This document shows, one piece after another, positions 56,042-59,957 of a DNA stretch of 59,957 nucleotides (its first letter is position 1; the number at the start of each line of letters is the position of its first letter). Position numbers and translations under genes: made by a program. The stretch comes from a virus. Location of the stretch: IMG/VR virus record IMGVR_UViG_3300025064_000001. One strand, written 5' to 3'. The notes beneath the pieces were generated by a model, which saw only the letters and a program-made list of their open reading frames with translations, was not told the DNA's origin and did no database searches.

Positions 56042-56207
56042 GTATCAACAAGACGCCGCTGGCTGGGAATGGATGGATCAGGAAGAACAGCACTGGTTTG
56101 CTAACAATATCAGCGAACAAGCCAGCGCTGAAGCTGAAAAACAAATGATGGGCCAACTATTAGCGCAGTTTGACAGCGTGTTTGGTCAAAGTAAGGAGAA
56201 TATCTAA
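56034..56207 (+). CDS. 57-aa acidic protein
   Basis: ATG at 56034 (ATGAGTGA overlap), GGAGG upstream. Confidence 0.55.
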   Translation: MSEYQQDAAGWEWMDQEEQHWFANNISEQASAEAEKQMMGQLLAQFDSVFGQSKENI

Positions 56208-56866
56208 TGGCTATCGTGACTTTAGTGTTAGGCAATAGCGGTTCGGGCAAGTCTTTTAGTATGCAAAACCTCGACCCATCGCTATGTGGCGTTATCAACG
56301 TCATGGGTAAGCCGCTACCCTTTCGAGCTGGCAAGCAATTTAGAAAGTTGAACACGGATAATGCTTACGAGATTAACAACCTTCTGCCATCTCTTAAAGC
56401 GCCTATCGTGATTATCGATGACTTCCAGTACATCATGGCCAATGAGTTTATGCGCGGTGTGACCGATGAAGGTGGTGGTAACTCAGTATTCCAGCGCTTT
56501 AATCGGATTGGTCAGAACGCTTGGAACATTCTGAACACGGCTATCAACAATACGCACCCTGACCAACGCATCTACATTTTATCGCACATCGAAGAAGTGG
56601 AAGGTAAGACGAAGATTAAAACGATGGGCAAGATGCTCGATGAAAAGATTGTACTTGAAGGCATGGTGACTATCGTACTGCAAACCACTATTAGAAATGG
56701 CGAGCATTACTTTATGACCAAGAATGACGGTACAACCACTGTCAAAACGCCGCATGAAATGTTTGCCAGCGAACTAATACCCAATGATTTAAACGCTGTA
56801 GATGATGCAATTTGCGACTTCTACGGTATTGCTAAAAACCCTAATCAACAGGCACAAATAGCCTAA
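56207..56866 (+). CDS. Sak4-like (AAA_24-type) recombination ATPase
   Basis: Walker A GNSGSGKS and Walker B VIIDDF. 219 aa. Directly upstream of the SSB-like gene. Confidence 0.7.
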   Translation: MAIVTLVLGNSGSGKSFSMQNLDPSLCGVINVMGKPLPFRAGKQFRKLNTDNAYEINNLLPSLKAPIVIIDDFQYIMANEFMRGVTDEGGGNSVFQRFNRIGQNAWNILNTAINNTHPDQRIYILSHIEEVEGKTKIKTMGKMLDEKIVLEGMVTIVLQTTIRNGEHYFMTKNDGTTTVKTPHEMFASELIPNDLNAVDDAICDFYGIAKNPNQQAQIA

Positions 56867-56887
56867 TTTTATTTAAAGGACCTACCC

Positions 56888-57652
56888 ATGAACTTCCCTA
56901 CTATCCAGCTAAACGAAACTGCCGCACTTAAAGCCAATACTGGTGGCGGTCAATTCTTTGATGGCAACAGCGAACAGCTGGTCAAGATTGGTCGCGCTGA
57001 GTTTGTTGTATCAAACAACACTGGCACAACCGGCATGGCTTTTGATGTATTCAACAAAGATGGTCAGAAAGGTTACTTCACTCTTTGGTTTATGAAGCAA
57101 GACGGCAGTTATATCGAAGGCTTTTACAACCAGTTGCAAAGCATTATGGCTGTCACTGGCGTTACGACACTCACCCCAACGCAAGCTAATATCGACAAGT
57201 ACGATGCTGCGGCTGGCAAGGTGGTCCCAACTCAGATGACGGTGGCCAATGAATTAATGGGCAAGCACTTCACTGGTCTGTTTATTGATGAGTTTGAAAT
57301 CTATAACGGCGAGAAGCGTAAAAAGACACAGCTATTCGCCGCCTTCAATCAGAAGCGCCAAACCTTGCAAGAACAAAAAGACCAATCAGCGGCACAGCAA
57401 ATTGAAGTACAGATGGAGCGCTTGATCGGCTACTCGTTAAAGTCAGAGAAAGAAGTTGATGCACAGATGAGCGGCAATAAAGGCGGCTATAACAATCAGC
57501 GTACAAGCCAGCCGCCACAGGGCGGTACAACTTACTCGCGCGGCACAGCACCCCAGCAAGGCTATAACAATCAACAGGGTAACAGCGCGCCAGCCAATAA
57601 TCAGGCACCAAATGGTGGTCCAGTAGTTGACGATATGGATATTCCGTTCTAG
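56888..57652 (+). CDS. Phage ssDNA-binding-like protein with a Gly/Gln/Asn-rich linker and an SSB-type acidic tail (DDMDIPF)
   Basis: C-terminal tail motif read directly. The gene is paired with the Sak4-like ATPase. Confidence 0.65.
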   Translation: MNFPTIQLNETAALKANTGGGQFFDGNSEQLVKIGRAEFVVSNNTGTTGMAFDVFNKDGQKGYFTLWFMKQDGSYIEGFYNQLQSIMAVTGVTTLTPTQANIDKYDAAAGKVVPTQMTVANELMGKHFTGLFIDEFEIYNGEKRKKTQLFAAFNQKRQTLQEQKDQSAAQQIEVQMERLIGYSLKSEKEVDAQMSGNKGGYNNQRTSQPPQGGTTYSRGTAPQQGYNNQQGNSAPANNQAPNGGPVVDDMDIPF

Positions 57653-57661
57653 GAGATAGTA

Positions 57662-58153
57662 ATGGTCTATTGTAGATACTGCGAAACTGAGAAAGCGGAG
57701 GGTGACTTTTATAAGTCATCTATCCGCAGTGATGGCAAGTCTGGTGACTGCAAAGAGTGCATACGCGCCAAGGCTAGAGCTAATAGAGCCAATAACATTG
57801 AAGCTCGCCGCGAGTTCGATAGACAGCGAGCCAACAATCCTGACCGCGTGCAAGCGCGTAAGGATTACCAGCGTACCTAACGAGGCCAACGAAAGGCAAG
57901 CGCTGCCAAACGTGCTTACGCTGAGCGCAATCCATCGATACGCCAAGCACACAATGCGGTTAATAACGCCCTACGTGACGGCAAAATTGCAAAACCGTCT
58001 TGCTGTGAGACTTGCCAGCGCGAGGCTGAATTACACGGTCATCATTGCGACTACAACAAGCCGCTAGACGTTATGTGGCTGTGTGATCCGTGTCATAAAG
58101 ACTGGCACAAAGACAACACACCTATTTACTGTGACGAGCGCAAGCTGGCGTGA
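57662..58153 (+). pseudogene. HNH (His-Me finger) endonuclease gene interrupted by a single in-frame TAA at 57878-57880
   Basis: 72 codons (CRYC...CKEC zinc finger), then TAA, then 90 more in-frame codons containing CCETC...HGHHCDYNKPLDVMWLCDPCHKDWH. The second part has no ATG/GTG/TTG/CTG start before the codon 64 Met. Confidence 0.7.
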
Positions 58154-58226
58154 CGGACAGTTTTAAATTTTTGGAATAACGACTAGCAGCCGTAAGCCGC
58201 CCTACTTCTACTTAAAGGTAAAAATC

Positions 58227-58658
58227 ATGGACTCTAAGAAAGACTTAACCCCAGTTTTAACAGGCAAGTCACTTGCTGACGCCGTAATGCTATTACAAGA
58301 TGCTTGCCACACAGCCAGTATTAACGGCGGCTGGTGGACTTGTCCTGAAACTGGCGAGTATCTAGGTGACACCGATGGTACTGGCATGAAGCGCAATACT
58401 GGTCAGTTGCTTATGTTGTGCGTAAGCGAGCTTAGCGAGGCAATGGAAGGTGATCGTAAAGGTTTGATGGACGACCATCTACCCCATCGAAAAATGATGG
58501 AAGTTGAATTAGCAGATGCAGTTATCCGCATTTGCGACTTGGCTGGCGGTAAAGGTTACGACCTAGGCGGCGCTATCGCTGAAAAACTGGCTTATAACGC
58601 TCAGCGTGCAGATCACAAGATGGAAAACCGCATCAAAGACGGTGGCAAAAAGTATTGA
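58227..58658 (+). CDS. MazG-like all-alpha nucleoside-triphosphate pyrophosphohydrolase
   Basis: SELSEAMEGDRK...EVELADAVIRICDLAG...KLAYNAQRADH pattern. Confidence 0.75.
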   Translation: MDSKKDLTPVLTGKSLADAVMLLQDACHTASINGGWWTCPETGEYLGDTDGTGMKRNTGQLLMLCVSELSEAMEGDRKGLMDDHLPHRKMMEVELADAVIRICDLAGGKGYDLGGAIAEKLAYNAQRADHKMENRIKDGGKKY

Positions 58659-58801
58659 TTGAATCAACCATCAATCGTTTAGGCAACTGGTATCAGCTAG
58701 TTGGTGAGGTGATGGCTCACCAAGGCTATGACACTGGGGTTAGTTTGAAAGGACAACTGCCAGCCTAAACACCCTATTTAACTTACTACGGAATAAATAT
58801 T

Positions 58802-59146
58802 ATGGATAAGAACATCGAAAAAAAATCTCACAGCTTGATTGATAACTTCAATGAAGTCACTGGTGATGACAGAGCGCAAGCAATGGTGATTATCTCAACA
58901 CTTACAGATGATAGTGACAGGGTATCGATACTTTCCGCGGGCACTGCATCAATGATGATGAGCATACAAGCATCTGCTTTGGCTCAAAGCTTCGATTACT
59001 TGGTTAAGGAAGGCGCAATCGAAAAGCCCATGCTTCTAATGATGGAGCTTATCACTAACCTGACTCGAGAGATGGATAGTTCCGTACAGCAAGCCCGCCA
59101 GCAAAGCCAAGATATTAACTTGCATCATGTGGCTGGCAAGCACTAG
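58802..59146 (+). CDS. 114-aa hypothetical protein
   Basis: ORF preceded by TACTACGGAATA. Confidence 0.65.
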   Translation: MDKNIEKKSHSLIDNFNEVTGDDRAQAMVIISTLTDDSDRVSILSAGTASMMMSIQASALAQSFDYLVKEGAIEKPMLLMMELITNLTREMDSSVQQARQQSQDINLHHVAGKH

Positions 59147-59158
59147 GAGGAGTTACCA

Positions 59159-59695
59159 ATGGCAAAGATTAAAAACCGCGATAAGCGCAAGAAGGCGGCA
59201 GTTAAAAAGGCAAACCAGGTTAAAGCTGGTAAGCCAGAAATGTACAAAGGATTCATGAAAATCCCTCTCGATACCTCACTCACTGGCGATCAAGTTAGAT
59301 ATCGAACTGAATATTTTGATGAATGGATTAGCCCGAAGGTACGCAAAGAGATACTGGAATCGCCGCGTAAGTTTGTTGTGACTGGCCATGTATGTATGGC
59401 TGACGGTGAAATGTACTGTGCGACGATTGACTATCAAGGCTATGGCGATAGACGCACGATACCAGACGCGGCAAACATGGCGTTTGATGCAGCAAGGAAT
59501 GGTAGCGGTGCAGTCATTATGAGCAAGTCGTATGTTGTGGTGCGAGCGCAAAAGGATATGTCTAAGTTTCCAAAAGAGATTGATATCGAAGCGCTTATGG
59601 CTGAACGCCAGAAGCAAGCGCCGGTCATGGGTGTGGCACAGCCTTTTGACTACAACTACCTATTTGAAGAATTTGTTAAGGAAGCGAAAGCATGA
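59159..59695 (+). CDS. 178-aa hypothetical protein with a Lys-rich N-terminus
   Basis: ORF with a GGAGG RBS. Confidence 0.7.
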   Translation: MAKIKNRDKRKKAAVKKANQVKAGKPEMYKGFMKIPLDTSLTGDQVRYRTEYFDEWISPKVRKEILESPRKFVVTGHVCMADGEMYCATIDYQGYGDRRTIPDAANMAFDAARNGSGAVIMSKSYVVVRAQKDMSKFPKEIDIEALMAERQKQAPVMGVAQPFDYNYLFEEFVKEAKA

Positions 59696-59957
59696 ACACG
59701 CCAGCAATGATCATAGATTTTGAAGCAACCGATGTTAGCAAGGAAGCTGAGGCAACGCAGCTTGGGTATCGTGAAGTAAGTTTTGATGATGAAGGTGATT
59801 TGATAGCAGAGACTTGCTACGAACAAGTAGCGAACTATTATGCTAGCCATAGCGTAATCTGCAAGCCAGACCGCGCAATTAGCTATGGTGCTATGGCCGT
59901 ATCTCACATCATGCCAAGCGACGTAGAGCACGCATTAAGTCATAAGCTTGTGGTGCC
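59692..59957 (+). CDS. 5' portion of the DEDDh exonuclease gene (continues at nt 3..620 through the circular junction)
   Basis: ATG at 59692 overlaps the upstream TGA. Translation MNTPAMIIDFEAT.. carries the Exo I motif. Confidence 0.85.
   Translation, partial: MNTPAMIIDFEATDVSKEAEATQLGYREVSFDDEGDLIAETCYEQVANYYASHSVICKPDRAISYGAMAVSHIMPSDVEHALSHKLVV
59831..59957. repeat. Right copy of the 127-bp terminal duplication
   Basis: Identical to 1..127. Confidence 0.95.

Noticed and set aside
57878-57880. Genome-wide stop-codon reassignment of TAA as the explanation for the split HNH gene.
   Set aside because: All other ORFs terminate normally, many at TAA, with sensible lengths and operon coupling. 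Only this one gene has an internal stop.
58330-58337. E. coli Chi octamer GCTGGTGG.
   Set aside because: It occurs once. About two occurrences of any octamer pair are expected by chance in 60 kb. The enriched signal is the different 9-mer GCTGGCAAG.

Overview
The window is a complete, circularly closed temperate phage genome. There are 59,830 bp of unique sequence, and nt 1-127 are repeated exactly at 59831-59957. The layout resembles lambda. A LexA/S24-type CI repressor (53149..53856, +) is flanked by two promoter regions that carry TCAC-N5-GTGA operators. The plus-strand early arm (54.1 kb, through the junction, to 2.8 kb) encodes a Sak4-like ATPase, an SSB-like protein, an HNH gene broken by an in-frame stop, MazG, a DEDDh exonuclease that wraps the junction, a Zn-ribbon ORF, Xis, an attP core made of the 3' half of a tRNA(CAU), and a P4-type tyrosine integrase. 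The minus-strand arm (53.0 kb down to 3.3 kb) starts with a Cro-like gene, small RHH proteins, a Rha/KilAC antirepressor, O-like and P-like replication genes with in-gene iterons, two orphan DNA methyltransferases, a DUF1064 resolvase-like gene, a dNMP kinase and a winged-helix regulator. It continues with TerS, TerL, portal, scaffold, major capsid, a long run of large repeat-built virion proteins (no tape measure, tube or sheath recognised, so podovirus-like), a 3,465-aa polyvalent effector protein, and a lysis cassette with a GH19-like endolysin. Four signals stand out. (1) The giant multi-domain protein. (2) An invariant 16-nt element present four times, each at the head of a late transcription unit and each bracketed by a different inverted repeat. 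(3) Strong, strand-biased, frame-independent over-representation of the 9-mer GCTGGCAAG. (4) A promoter-plus-terminator-bounded ~225-nt non-coding unit between int and the lysis genes. All functional calls come from motif reading and gene order only. No database search was possible.
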